From assembly GCA_963723365.1 (NCBI GenBank), contig CAVRRG010000035.1:4752-68751 (forward strand): DNA of 64,000 nt. The letters run 5' to 3'. The stretch is from Calditrichota bacterium. GTDB lineage: Bacteria; Calditrichota; Calditrichia; Calditrichales; J004. The position numbers were made by a program, and so were the translations under genes. Shown here in pieces: positions 1-9,147 of the stretch (its first letter is position 1; each line of letters begins with the position of its first letter). The notes below the pieces were generated by a model that did not search any database, was not told the origin of the DNA, and saw only the letters and a program-made list of their open reading frames with translations.

Positions 1-680
1 GCTACAAAAACAAGTCGCTTTTAGAAATTGCGCAGGAAATGTTTTCTTATGCTGATGGAGCAACGATGAGCCTGAAGAAGGATGGACTGGTTAATATAGG
101 TGGCTTTCTGGTATGTAATAACGATGAATGGGCTGAGCAATTTAAGAATGCGCTGATAATGCGCGAAGGTTTTATTACGTATGGCGGTCTGGCCGGTAGA
201 GATCTTGAAGCAGCGGCAGTGGGAATTATGGAAGCTTTGGATGAAGATTACCAAAGATATCGCCATGCAACTGTTGAGTATTTGGCCAAAGCGATGGAGG
301 ATCGTGATATTCCTTTTGTAAGACCTGTTGGCGGCCATGCTGTATTTATTGACGCCAAAGTATTTTTACCCCATATAAAACCTTTAAATTATCCCGGTGT
401 TAGTTTGGTTAATACGTTATATATTGACGGTGGAATCCGCTCTGTTGAGTTAGGGAGTGTCATGTTTGGCCGTTTTGATGAAAATGGTGTTGAACAGCCA
501 GCCTCTCTGGAACTGGTGCGATTAGCCATTCCGCGCAGGGTTTATACACAAAGCCACTTTGATTATATTGTTGAAGTTCTGGATGATGTCAAGAAAGATG
601 TTAAGAAGGTGAAAGGTTACAAAATAACTTATCAGCCTAAATTTTTACGACATTTTACCTGCCATTTTGAATCACTCTGA
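1..680 (+). CDS. Beta-eliminating lyase family (tryptophanase / tyrosine phenol-lyase type), C-terminal ~225 aa; 5' end lies outside the window
   Basis: The frame is open from nt 3. It carries the PLP-lysine motif MFSYADGATMSLKKDGLVNIGG, then GGHAVFIDA, RLAIPRRVYT and YQPKFLRHFT, as in TnaA/TPL C-termini. Confidence 0.85.
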   Translation, partial: YKNKSLLEIAQEMFSYADGATMSLKKDGLVNIGGFLVCNNDEWAEQFKNALIMREGFITYGGLAGRDLEAAAVGIMEALDEDYQRYRHATVEYLAKAMEDRDIPFVRPVGGHAVFIDAKVFLPHIKPLNYPGVSLVNTLYIDGGIRSVELGSVMFGRFDENGVEQPASLELVRLAIPRRVYTQSHFDYIVEVLDDVKKDVKKVKGYKITYQPKFLRHFTCHFESL

Positions 681-862
681 TAAACGAATTCTAATATTTA
701 CCATTTGTTTGGAACAAGCGTTTACCTTTCATTTGCTTATACCGTAGTTTTTTATCTAATATTAAAAATAAATTAATATTTCATAGTGGAAATAGCAGAA
801 AAATGATGCCACTTGCACACGTACTCCATATATCATAAAATTGACTATAATTAGGAAATTAA

Positions 863-1204
863 ATGGCTCATTTAAAAAAACATATTTTTATTTGTGAAAA
901 CCAACGTGAGGCCAATCACCCTAAAGGATGCTGTGCTGACCGAGGTGGTAAAGAACTTAAAAATGCACTTAAGTTGGAAATCACCCGTAGGAATCTGAAA
1001 AAAGAATATCGTATAAATAGTGCCGGCTGCCTTGATGTTTGCGAACATGGCGCAGCAATGGTAATTTACCCCCAAAATATTTGGTATGGTGCTGTAAAGT
1101 TAGGGGATGTCTCACAAATTGTTGAGCAGAGTATTGTGGGCGATAAGATTATTCAAAAATTAATTATCCCTTCAAAAAAAAAGGATTCAGCCAATAGTGA
1201 TTAA
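863..1204 (+). CDS. Thioredoxin-like [2Fe-2S] ferredoxin
   Basis: 113 aa with four Cys at positions 11, 24, 56 and 60 (FICEN, GCCAD, AGCLDVC), matching the spacing of Trx-like Fd. AGGA lies about 10 nt upstream of the ATG. Confidence 0.8.
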   Translation: MAHLKKHIFICENQREANHPKGCCADRGGKELKNALKLEITRRNLKKEYRINSAGCLDVCEHGAAMVIYPQNIWYGAVKLGDVSQIVEQSIVGDKIIQKLIIPSKKKDSANSD

Positions 1205-2288
1205 TTTAAATAAGCTGCAACTTCATTCGTTTCATGAGAAGCATGGTGCAAAATTTAAAGAAGTAAAGGGTTGGCAAATACCTGCGATGTATTCTTCTGT
1301 AAAGGAAGAGCTGCAAGCCATCTATCAAAGAGTAGGTTTACTGGACCGTAGTTACCTGGGCAAAATTATTGCAAAAGGCGCGGATGCTGCTGACTTGATT
1401 GATCGCATATCCACAAACGATATGAAAGAACTGATTATGGGTGTGGCTTGTGACACCGTATTCTGCACACCAAAAGGACGTATTATTGATTACGCTAAAG
1501 TATTACAGTATGAGGACCAATTACTGATAATTTCCAGTTATTTAAGCAATGAACATTTAATAGATTGGATAAACCGCTTTATCATTTTAGAAGATGCAGA
1601 GCTTGAAGACTGCAGTGAACAATTTATCTGGTTAACATTGCTAGGACCAGATGCAAAAATGTTTATTGGGCATATAAGTGGTCAGCCCGTTTTGGATGAA
1701 TATGAAACTATCTTGTTGGAAAAGGAGAATATTAAGTTCCCTGCACTTATAAATCATAATTTCAAAGTTCCATGTTATAATTTTTGTCTTCCTAAAAAAG
1801 AAGCAAAAGATATAATCAAGTGGATTAATGTTTCTCTCGATGAATTTAATGGCCGAATAATTGGTGATGATGCATTTCAGGTTATGCGAATTGAGAGTGC
1901 CATGCCGGATTGGGGAACTGAACTTACAGAAGATTATAATCCTCACGAAGCACGGCTAATAAACGCGGTTAGTTTTACCAAAGGTTGTTATACAGGACAG
2001 GAAATAATTGCCCGGCTTGATACATACGACAAAGTCCAGAAATATTTAATGATTTTTGACTTTGAACATCAATTACAACACAGTCCTCCTTTCAATGTTT
2101 TCTATGATGATGAAAAAATTGGTACAATGACCAGCTATGCCTATAATCCAACAAAAAATGCCAGCTGCGGATTAGGCTATATAAAGAAAAATTTGGCAGT
2201 AGCCGATTTTAATATTAAAGTTGATGTATTGATTAATAATGTTAAAATTCCGGCAACAATAAAAGTACCTCCTGTAAGAGACGTATAA
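1197..2288 (+). CDS. YgfZ/GcvT-family folate-binding protein (aminomethyltransferase-like)
   Basis: Carries the KGCYTGQEIIARL signature and a GcvT-like N-terminus (HEKHGAKF). The GTG start overlaps the ferredoxin stop by 8 nt, so the exact start is uncertain. Confidence 0.8.
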   Translation: MINLNKLQLHSFHEKHGAKFKEVKGWQIPAMYSSVKEELQAIYQRVGLLDRSYLGKIIAKGADAADLIDRISTNDMKELIMGVACDTVFCTPKGRIIDYAKVLQYEDQLLIISSYLSNEHLIDWINRFIILEDAELEDCSEQFIWLTLLGPDAKMFIGHISGQPVLDEYETILLEKENIKFPALINHNFKVPCYNFCLPKKEAKDIIKWINVSLDEFNGRIIGDDAFQVMRIESAMPDWGTELTEDYNPHEARLINAVSFTKGCYTGQEIIARLDTYDKVQKYLMIFDFEHQLQHSPPFNVFYDDEKIGTMTSYAYNPTKNASCGLGYIKKNLAVADFNIKVDVLINNVKIPATIKVPPVRDV

Positions 2289-2289
2289 C

Positions 2290-2676
2290 ATGCGTTATGA
2301 AAAACACTTTGATATTGATGAAGCCCGCAGCCTAATCCCCAGGCTAAAGCAGAAACTGGTTGTAATTCGTAATCTGGCATTCATTTTAAAATCAATGGGA
2401 TTTGATATTTACAGCGGCAGGTACGCCATCGGGTTTCATCCTGATACTTTTGAAGAATTTCCGCCTGCGTATAAAAAATTGCAAAAAATGGTGAAAGATA
2501 TTCACCAGACAGGTATAGAAATTAAAGCCATAGAATCAGGTTTAGTAGATTTCCCCGCTGTTCGCGAAAATGGTGAAGAAGTTTTTCTTTGCTGGAAGAT
2601 TGATGAAAATGATATTGAATTTTGGCATAGTATAACCGGCGGTTTTCAGAACAGGCATCATATAGATGATTTTTAA
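2290..2676 (+). CDS. DUF2203-like small protein (tentative)
   Basis: 128 aa. The ATG lies 1 nt after the upstream stop. The C-terminal EVFLCWKIDENDIEFWH...GGFQNR pattern resembles DUF2203 as I recall it. Confidence 0.5.
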   Translation: MRYEKHFDIDEARSLIPRLKQKLVVIRNLAFILKSMGFDIYSGRYAIGFHPDTFEEFPPAYKKLQKMVKDIHQTGIEIKAIESGLVDFPAVRENGEEVFLCWKIDENDIEFWHSITGGFQNRHHIDDF

Positions 2677-2695
2677 AAAAGGTAATTTTTAAGTT

Positions 2696-3751
2696 ATGAT
2701 TATTAAGTACGGAAAACATGAAATTGAGCAAGGTCTGTTTTTGGCTCCGATGGAAGATGTAAGTGATTATCCTTTCCGCATGATCTGCAAGAAGCTGGGC
2801 GCGGATGTAGTTTATTCCGAGTTTATTAGTTCTGAAGCGCTTATCAGGGATGCTGAAAAAGCTTTTAAAAAGATGACTATTAAGCCTCAGGAACACCCTA
2901 TCGGGATTCAGATTTATGGCAATCGCATTGAAGCCATGGTGGAGGCAGCGCAAATCGCTGAAGAAAAAGGTCCGGACTTTATTGATATTAATTTTGGCTG
3001 TCCTGTTAAAAAAGTGGCTTTAAAAGGCGCTGGTTCGGGTTTGCTGCAGGATGTGCCCAAAATGATCAAAATGTGTGAAGCAGTGGTTCGATCAGTAGAA
3101 TTACCAGTCACTGCAAAAACTCGCCTGGGCTGGGATGCGCAAACAATCCAGATTGTAGATATAGCCCAAAAAATGGAAAGTGTGGGAATTGAAGCACTGG
3201 CCATTCACGGCAGAACACGCGCACAGGGCTATAAGGGTGAAGCTGACTGGGAATGTATTGCTGAAACCAAACAAGCAGTGAAAATCCCCATTATAGGTAA
3301 TGGTGATGTCGTTGATCCCAGGCAGGCAATTGAATACTTTGAAAAATATGGTGTTGATGCTGTTATGATTGGTCGGGGAGCAATCCATAACCCCTGGATT
3401 TTCCGGGATGCAAAAGCATATCGTGAAACTGGTTTTGTTCCCGAGCCACCTTCCTTGCCCGAAAGAGTAGAAATTTTAAAAGAACATTATTTACTGAACA
3501 TTGAGTATAAAGGAATAGCCCGTGGTATACGCGAAATGCGCAAACATATTAGCGGATATATAAAAGGTTTGCCGCACATTTCAAAATTTCGCCAAAAAAT
3601 TGTAACCGTTGAAGGACTGGATGAAATATTTGATATGTTGGATCTTTTGAAAGTAAATAAACATGTCCATTACTATGCACAAAAATTACAGGAAGAAAGT
3701 GAAAAAACTGTTATGGATATGACATGTGCAACTGAAACAGGTACGTGTTGA
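2696..3751 (+). CDS. dusB: tRNA-dihydrouridine synthase
   Basis: Shows LAPMEDVSDYPFR, NFGCPVKKV, HGRTRAQGY and MIGRGA motifs of the Dus TIM-barrel, followed by a C-terminal helical domain. Confidence 0.85.
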   Translation: MIIKYGKHEIEQGLFLAPMEDVSDYPFRMICKKLGADVVYSEFISSEALIRDAEKAFKKMTIKPQEHPIGIQIYGNRIEAMVEAAQIAEEKGPDFIDINFGCPVKKVALKGAGSGLLQDVPKMIKMCEAVVRSVELPVTAKTRLGWDAQTIQIVDIAQKMESVGIEALAIHGRTRAQGYKGEADWECIAETKQAVKIPIIGNGDVVDPRQAIEYFEKYGVDAVMIGRGAIHNPWIFRDAKAYRETGFVPEPPSLPERVEILKEHYLLNIEYKGIARGIREMRKHISGYIKGLPHISKFRQKIVTVEGLDEIFDMLDLLKVNKHVHYYAQKLQEESEKTVMDMTCATETGTC

Positions 3752-3789
3752 AAAAAGAAAATACAAATAGTACTCTAAAAAATTTTAAA

Positions 3790-4086
3790 ATGAAACCAAC
3801 TTCTATTGAACAAATTAGTGACAATGTTATTGCCATTAAATGGAATAATGAGAGAGAAAGTATCCTTTTTGCTGAGAGGGTACGCAAAAGCTGTCCTTGT
3901 GCCTCCTGTAAAGATGGAAAACAAGATAAAGAGTCCAGCCCTTTTAAGATTTTAAAATCTAATCCCAATACAGTGGTTTTTAAAAATTGGGAATATGTTG
4001 GTAATTATGCAGTACGTTTTGGGTTTAGTGATAACCATACCACGGGTATCTATACCTATGAATATCTGAGCCAAATAGGCGAATAG
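3790..4086 (+). CDS. DUF971 (gamma-butyrobetaine hydroxylase-like N-terminal domain) protein
   Basis: Contains IKWNN..., CPCASCKD and YAVRFGFSDNHTTGIYTYEYL. The ORF is open from a GTG at 3745 that overlaps the dus stop; the ATG at 3790 is the likelier start. Confidence 0.7.
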   Translation: MKPTSIEQISDNVIAIKWNNERESILFAERVRKSCPCASCKDGKQDKESSPFKILKSNPNTVVFKNWEYVGNYAVRFGFSDNHTTGIYTYEYLSQIGE

Positions 4087-4185
4087 TTGACTAACACTCG
4101 CAGAAAAATTTTGATATCCGTCAATACACGGACTTTTAAAATGTGTGAAATTTAAGATGTATTAGAAAAATAAGCAGGAACGCTT

Positions 4186-4650
4186 ATGGAAGAATTATTT
4201 ATCACTTTTAATTATGTAGAAGCTAATATCATACTTAACTGGTTTGAACTCGCCAATGTGAAAAGCGAGCGTTTTGGCTCTTCCCGCTATTATTTTCCGC
4301 AGGAAGAAGTTGTTGTTCAAAAACTTAGAAAGATGAACGAAGCTTCAAGATATGATGCTATTGATTTTGAAATTATATGGGGCTGGATGGAGAAGGTGGT
4401 TTACCCCCGCGTCGGAGAGGGCGGTGTTTATTTTCCCAATGAAAAAGAGATTGTTGATAAACTTACTGAATTCAGAAGAAAAGTGGATAAGATAGACACG
4501 CTTGAGAAGCAGAAACGCCTGATCAAAGATCGATTGGAAGCATCAGAAGACAGTAAACAGAAACATGAATTTAAGTATGATCCGGATAAATTCCGTAAAG
4601 GGTTAAAAGGAAGAGATTCTGAAGATAAGCCGAAAGATCAGGAAGAGTAG
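4186..4650 (+). CDS. Hypothetical protein with a charged C-terminal tail
   Basis: 154-aa ORF with no competing ORF. It has an internal duplicated YFPxExxxVxKL motif. I recognise no family. Confidence 0.5.
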   Translation: MEELFITFNYVEANIILNWFELANVKSERFGSSRYYFPQEEVVVQKLRKMNEASRYDAIDFEIIWGWMEKVVYPRVGEGGVYFPNEKEIVDKLTEFRRKVDKIDTLEKQKRLIKDRLEASEDSKQKHEFKYDPDKFRKGLKGRDSEDKPKDQEE

Positions 4651-4654
4651 CCTT

Positions 4655-5506
4655 TTATTCCTCTGCTTTAGCGTTTAAAAATGAATAAAGGTCATATAAC
4701 TCCATATCTGTAAAATGGACAAAACGATCTTTTACAACCGCATGCATCAGCCCAATGTTTTCTTTTCCACCTATCGCTATTCCTGCTTTCATCAAAATAT
4801 GGAAATCCACTTCAGGGTAAGTTGTTATTACTTTTAGATTTGGAGTAGACATGTCTGGTAAAACTTCACCCTGCATATTTATTCCATGGCACTCATTACA
4901 AGTCGTCATAGCAATATATTGTCCGCGCAAATAAGAGGCGGTTTTTGATGAATCAATTTCAATGGGCGGTATTTGTGAGGCCCATTCAGCCATATGCTGG
5001 CTGTTTCCAACTGCAATATTCCAACGCGCTTTGAAACCAAGATTTGGCTCTTGTAGTTCTTTCTCAACAACTGGAGAAGTTTGCATATAGGCAATGATTG
5101 CAGCAATATCCTCATCGCTTAGATTGACCCAGTTATAAGAAGGCATTGACCATAAGGATTCGCCGTTTGCAGCAATACCACGTCTTACAGCTCTCTCAAT
5201 AGCGGATGGGTCATTTTCACGTGCATATTTTGCCAGGTTGGGAGCAACAGCAACATCTACCCAGCCCCAGCGCTCCTTAAATACCTGGCCCTCGAGTTGT
5301 TGACCATGACATCCAATACAACCACGTGTTCTGGCTAAATGTTGTCCATATTTAATAGTGGTCGAATCCGTTTTAATTGAATATTCAAATTTAGTGGGAG
5401 CGTTGACATTGTTTAATTTCCATTCGCTTATACCATAGATACCTGCGAAAAAGATTACTGTAAGGCTGACAAGCGCTATGAGAATTAGTATAAACGTGCG
5501 ATTCAT
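4655..5506 (-). CDS. Membrane-anchored diheme c-type cytochrome
   Basis: N-terminal TM helix and two CxxCH heme-binding motifs (CIGCHG, CNECHG). Confidence 0.8.
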   Translation of the reverse strand: MNRTFILILIALVSLTVIFFAGIYGISEWKLNNVNAPTKFEYSIKTDSTTIKYGQHLARTRGCIGCHGQQLEGQVFKERWGWVDVAVAPNLAKYARENDPSAIERAVRRGIAANGESLWSMPSYNWVNLSDEDIAAIIAYMQTSPVVEKELQEPNLGFKARWNIAVGNSQHMAEWASQIPPIEIDSSKTASYLRGQYIAMTTCNECHGINMQGEVLPDMSTPNLKVITTYPEVDFHILMKAGIAIGGKENIGLMHAVVKDRFVHFTDMELYDLYSFLNAKAEE

Positions 5507-5543
5507 AATATTACCCTTGCAATAAATAGTATTAAGGAATTAG

Positions 5544-5616
5544 AGCCACTGAGCGGACTCGAACCGCTGACCTGATCATTACGAGTGAACTGCTCTACCA
5601 GCTGAGCTACAGTGGC
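5544..5616 (-). tRNA. tRNA-Thr (anticodon CGU)
   Basis: 73 nt, folded by hand into a cloverleaf: acceptor GCCACTG/CAGTGGC, D arm GCTC-AGCTGGTA-GAGC, anticodon loop CTCGTAA, T arm AGCGG-TTCGAGT-CCGCT. There is one T-T mismatch in the anticodon stem. CCA is not encoded. Confidence 0.9.
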
Positions 5617-5767
5617 TTTTTTACACCAAAAATCTAATTGAAATTTACTTTTAAATCAATTGCGGTAAACTTTGTTTTTTTGTTACATTTATTTTTGGAA
5701 AATGTGTGGCATTTAACAAAAAGTACAATTATAAACAGTTGTAAAATAACATTTATCAAATAAATAA

Positions 5768-6802
5768 ATGGGGTCAGGGATGAAATTAATAATTGGATTA
5801 TTGTTGGCAATTATAGCGCTATCCTGTAATAATGGGGTAGAAGTTGAAACATTCAACGGTGAAACTATGGGCACCACATATTCTATAAGAATCTTTCCCG
5901 AAAAAGATCAAAATATCAACACCCTTAATTTAAAAACTGATGTTGATGAATTGTTATATAAAATAAATATGCAGATGTCTACCTATATCCCCGAAAGTGA
6001 AATATCTAAATTTAATCGAAGTTCGAAAAACATGGGAACTTCTGTATCGTCCTCTTTTTTAGAAGTGCTGAATCTTTCAAGGCAAATTTATTCAGAATCT
6101 GTCGGCGCTTTTGATCCAACTGTGATGCCCGTTGTTAATCTTTGGGGATTTGGCAAGGAAGGGCGCAGAGCAACTCCTCCATCGAATAAGGAAATTAATG
6201 CGCTTAAGAAATTTATTGGTATGAATAAAATTGTTATTTCAGGAAATATCATCTCCAAACAAAATAATTTGACAGAACTGGACTTTGGTGCAGTGGCTAA
6301 AGGTTATGGGGTTGATGCGGTGGCTGAGCTCATATCAGAAAAAGGCTTTAATAGCTTTATGGTGGAAATTGGCGGTGAAGTTGTTACAAAGGGGAAAAAA
6401 AGCGATGGGTCTTTTTGGATAATTGGAATAGAGCGACCCAGCATTGAACCCACAACGGAACGGCAGTATGAAACAAAAATTGCCCTAAGCGACGCTGCAG
6501 TAGCTACGAGCGGAGATTACCGGAATTATTTTATTGCCAACGATTCGATTTTTTCACATACCATAAATCCAGTTACCTGCAGACCAATTAACAATGGTCT
6601 GGCTTCGGTAACCGTTATCGCTCCAAACTGTGCTTTGGCAGATGCCATGGCCACCGCGATTATGGTAATGGGGGAACATAAAGGTTTGGAATGGGTAGAG
6701 TCAAAATCTGAAGTTGAAACAATGATTATTGTAAGACTTGAAGATCGTTACAGAATTACTGTAAGCAGCGGATTTGATTCATATTTAGCGCAGACTAATT
6801 AA
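5768..6802 (+). CDS. apbE: FAD:protein FMN transferase (ApbE family) lipoprotein
   Basis: Shows AVAKGYGVD, TSGDYRNYF and ADAMATA motifs and a lipoprotein signal (LSC). An alternative start is the ATG at 5780. Confidence 0.85.
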   Translation: MGSGMKLIIGLLLAIIALSCNNGVEVETFNGETMGTTYSIRIFPEKDQNINTLNLKTDVDELLYKINMQMSTYIPESEISKFNRSSKNMGTSVSSSFLEVLNLSRQIYSESVGAFDPTVMPVVNLWGFGKEGRRATPPSNKEINALKKFIGMNKIVISGNIISKQNNLTELDFGAVAKGYGVDAVAELISEKGFNSFMVEIGGEVVTKGKKSDGSFWIIGIERPSIEPTTERQYETKIALSDAAVATSGDYRNYFIANDSIFSHTINPVTCRPINNGLASVTVIAPNCALADAMATAIMVMGEHKGLEWVESKSEVETMIIVRLEDRYRITVSSGFDSYLAQTN

Positions 6803-7079
6803 AACGATCGGGCTTAAAATCCAGTTTATCAATAAATCTTTTATCCCGATTAGGGTATCCCAGACTGGCTACTTTGTCAAAACCGGGATCATTTTTATCC
6901 AGGTAAAACTTGACATCCTCGTTAGAACATGCTCCGCAAGATGCTTCATCGTGTCCTTTATCAGCCAAAGCTTTGCTGGATGAACAGCTGCTTCCCAATT
7001 CTTTCCCGCCGATAAATTTCCCAAGGCCCAACAAACCGAGGGCTGTTCCAAAAATAAGGGGTACTATCAAAAATTCCAT
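6795..7079 (-). CDS. Small membrane-anchored Cys-rich protein (possibly NqrM-like)
   Basis: The ATG at 7079 is preceded by AGGAAGG. One N-terminal TM helix is followed by GSSCSSS...CGAC. Its stop overlaps the apbE stop by 8 nt (convergent). Confidence 0.5.
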   Translation of the reverse strand: MEFLIVPLIFGTALGLLGLGKFIGGKELGSSCSSSKALADKGHDEASCGACSNEDVKFYLDKNDPGFDKVASLGYPNRDKRFIDKLDFKPDRFN

Positions 7080-7206
7080 CTGATACCTTCCTAAATACAA
7101 TTCTAAATTTAACTAGTTCGATGCATCAAACAAAATTTAGTTTCAAAAAAGTATTCATTAACTTAGTTTTAAAAACTCTGATTAAACTCATTTAAATATT
7201 CAGCTA

Positions 7207-8193
7207 ATGAAAATTTCGGTTAATAAATCCTACTTTTTATTCGTATTTCTGTGCCTGATCGTTTTATCGTTCCTGCCGTTAATTGGCAGTCAACCGATTT
7301 CTTTTTCAAATATTTTAAATAATCAACAGTCGCTTGATTATGAAATATTTATAAACATCCGTCTGCCGCGTGTGATTTTCGCATTTCTGGTAGGTGCAGC
7401 GCTGTCTTTAATTGGTTCTGTCTTCCAGGCTTTGTTAAGAAATGACCTTGCCACACCCTATACCTTAGGAGTTTCCTCGGGAGGAGCATTTGGTGCTGTA
7501 CTGGCTTTAAAGTTAAATCTGGGCTTAACGTTTTTATTTTTTAATACTGTGGCAGTTTTTTCAATTTCCGGCAGTATCCTGGCTATAAGTATTATTTATT
7601 GGATTGCACGCCGCAAAGCAGGAATTTCTATGTATACGCTTATTTTGGCGGGTGTTGCTATAAGTTTTTTCTTTTCGGCTTTTAACCTGTTTTTGCACTA
7701 CCTGGCTGACTTTACCGAAACCTACCGCATGGTGCGTTGGTTAATGGGATCACTTGATATATACGGCTGGGACTATACAATTACCATCGCTGTAGTACTC
7801 GTTATTGTGTTTGCTTATTTCTTTAAAAATTATCGTGCATTTAATATCCTTTTAGCAGGGGAAGAGATGGCTTTAAGTAAGGGCGTTGAAGCCTATAAGC
7901 TGCAGAAGATGAGTTTTTTTGCGGGTTCCTTCTTAATAGGACTTGTGGTGGCAGTTGCCGGTCCTATTGGTTTTGTCGGGCTAGTAGTGCCTCATACATT
8001 GCGACTTGTTTTTGGCGCGGATCATAAATATATATTCAGCGGTTCTATTATCGGTGGCGGGGTATTCCTGGCTATGTGCGATACTTTTGCCAGAACAATT
8101 ATTGCGCCAGCGGAATTACCGGTCGGGATTATAACAGCACTCTTCGGAGGACCGTTTTTTATCTATTTACTGATAAGAAGGAAAAGCAGTTAA
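7207..8193 (+). CDS. FecCD-family ABC transporter permease (iron-siderophore / cobalamin type)
   Basis: LPRVIFAFLVGAALSLIGSVFQALLRNDLATPYTLGVSSGGAFG is typical of BtuC/FecCD. About 9 TM helices. Confidence 0.85.
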   Translation: MKISVNKSYFLFVFLCLIVLSFLPLIGSQPISFSNILNNQQSLDYEIFINIRLPRVIFAFLVGAALSLIGSVFQALLRNDLATPYTLGVSSGGAFGAVLALKLNLGLTFLFFNTVAVFSISGSILAISIIYWIARRKAGISMYTLILAGVAISFFFSAFNLFLHYLADFTETYRMVRWLMGSLDIYGWDYTITIAVVLVIVFAYFFKNYRAFNILLAGEEMALSKGVEAYKLQKMSFFAGSFLIGLVVAVAGPIGFVGLVVPHTLRLVFGADHKYIFSGSIIGGGVFLAMCDTFARTIIAPAELPVGIITALFGGPFFIYLLIRRKSS

Positions 8194-9074
8194 TTACAAA
8201 ACTTTGATTTGTAATAAGGTCCCTGGTTATCTTCTAAAAAATAGAAACGACATATATTCTTATTGGAGGGTTTATAATCATCCTGCAAAAAATATTTTCT
8301 TCCTTCTTCGGAATCCTCAACAAAATAGATTTCAATTTTGCGCACTTCGTCTCCGTAATTCAGAGAAATTTCATCACACATATTTAATAAAGTTTTATCT
8401 GTCAGGTCTGTTGATATTAAAACCTGGATTTCAATTTCATTCTTATTGTGGATAATAAAATCAAATGTTCGTCCGTTTCTCAAAAAAGGAGCTTTTAGAT
8501 TTGTTACACCTTTCTTGGGAAGAGATACTTTCGTAAACAATTTTTGTCGGTCTTTTTCCAATATTCTAATTTCAACATTACCCGGGTAAACCTTTTTTTG
8601 ATAGTCGAGTCCTATCTTACGGGCAAAATTTTCAGCATCCATCTTATCTCTGTAATGTTCGTCCGGCATGATCATATAAACAATAGCATATGGTTTGCTT
8701 TTATCAATAAACATTTCAACGCCATTTTCCCGGACAGTGCTTTCTGCAAAAGCAGTCATTTTTATGCCATAGCTTAAAGATTTTGGGCCAACAAAATCGC
8801 TGCGGATCCAGCCATTTTCCCGGTTAGCTTTTTCAATTTGATACCAGCCGTTTTTGTTTTGCAGCACCTGTACCTCTTCGCCGTCCATTAGCGTGCCAAT
8901 TTTCTTTCCTGCTTTGGAGCCCGAAGAGCGCATATTGATGTTATCACTAATAACATATCCCGCGAATTGAAATGGGTTGGCAGGTAAAACCGTTTCTTCT
9001 TTTTTAGGCTCAATTGTCTTGCAGGAAAATAGCAGTGAAAATAACGCAAGAGCGGTTAGTGTTTTTTTAATCAT
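8190..9074 (-). CDS. SH3-domain lipoprotein, function unknown
   Basis: Lipobox LFSC. A bacterial SH3-like segment reads NMRSSGSKAGKKIGTLMDGEEVQVLQNKNGWYQIE...GWIRSDFV. Confidence 0.6.
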   Translation of the reverse strand: MIKKTLTALALFSLLFSCKTIEPKKEETVLPANPFQFAGYVISDNINMRSSGSKAGKKIGTLMDGEEVQVLQNKNGWYQIEKANRENGWIRSDFVGPKSLSYGIKMTAFAESTVRENGVEMFIDKSKPYAIVYMIMPDEHYRDKMDAENFARKIGLDYQKKVYPGNVEIRILEKDRQKLFTKVSLPKKGVTNLKAPFLRNGRTFDFIIHNKNEIEIQVLISTDLTDKTLLNMCDEISLNYGDEVRKIEIYFVEDSEEGRKYFLQDDYKPSNKNICRFYFLEDNQGPYYKSKFCN

Positions 9075-9147
9075 GTGTTTTCCCGATAAGAATTGTATAC
9101 AAAAGGCGAGTAAATTAATATTCTATAGTAATTATTACAAACTCTAA

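Noticed and set aside
21-338. 105-aa minus-strand ORF, and many similar 60-140-aa ORFs antisense to long genes (e.g. 872-1075, 2522-2953, 11962-12324, 20764-21378, 43345-43737, 45879-46259).
   Set aside because: They lie entirely inside, and antisense to, ORFs with clear family motifs. Their composition is low-complexity or odd, and they have no RBS or motifs. They are shadow ORFs typical of AT-rich genomes.
7101-7206. Possible cobalamin riboswitch upstream of the BtuC/FecCD-like permease, and likewise upstream of metH (22114-22230).
   Set aside because: Both regions are short and AT-rich. They lack a recognisable B12 box or the GC-rich helices expected of the cobalamin aptamer. I also saw no SAM or T-box features.
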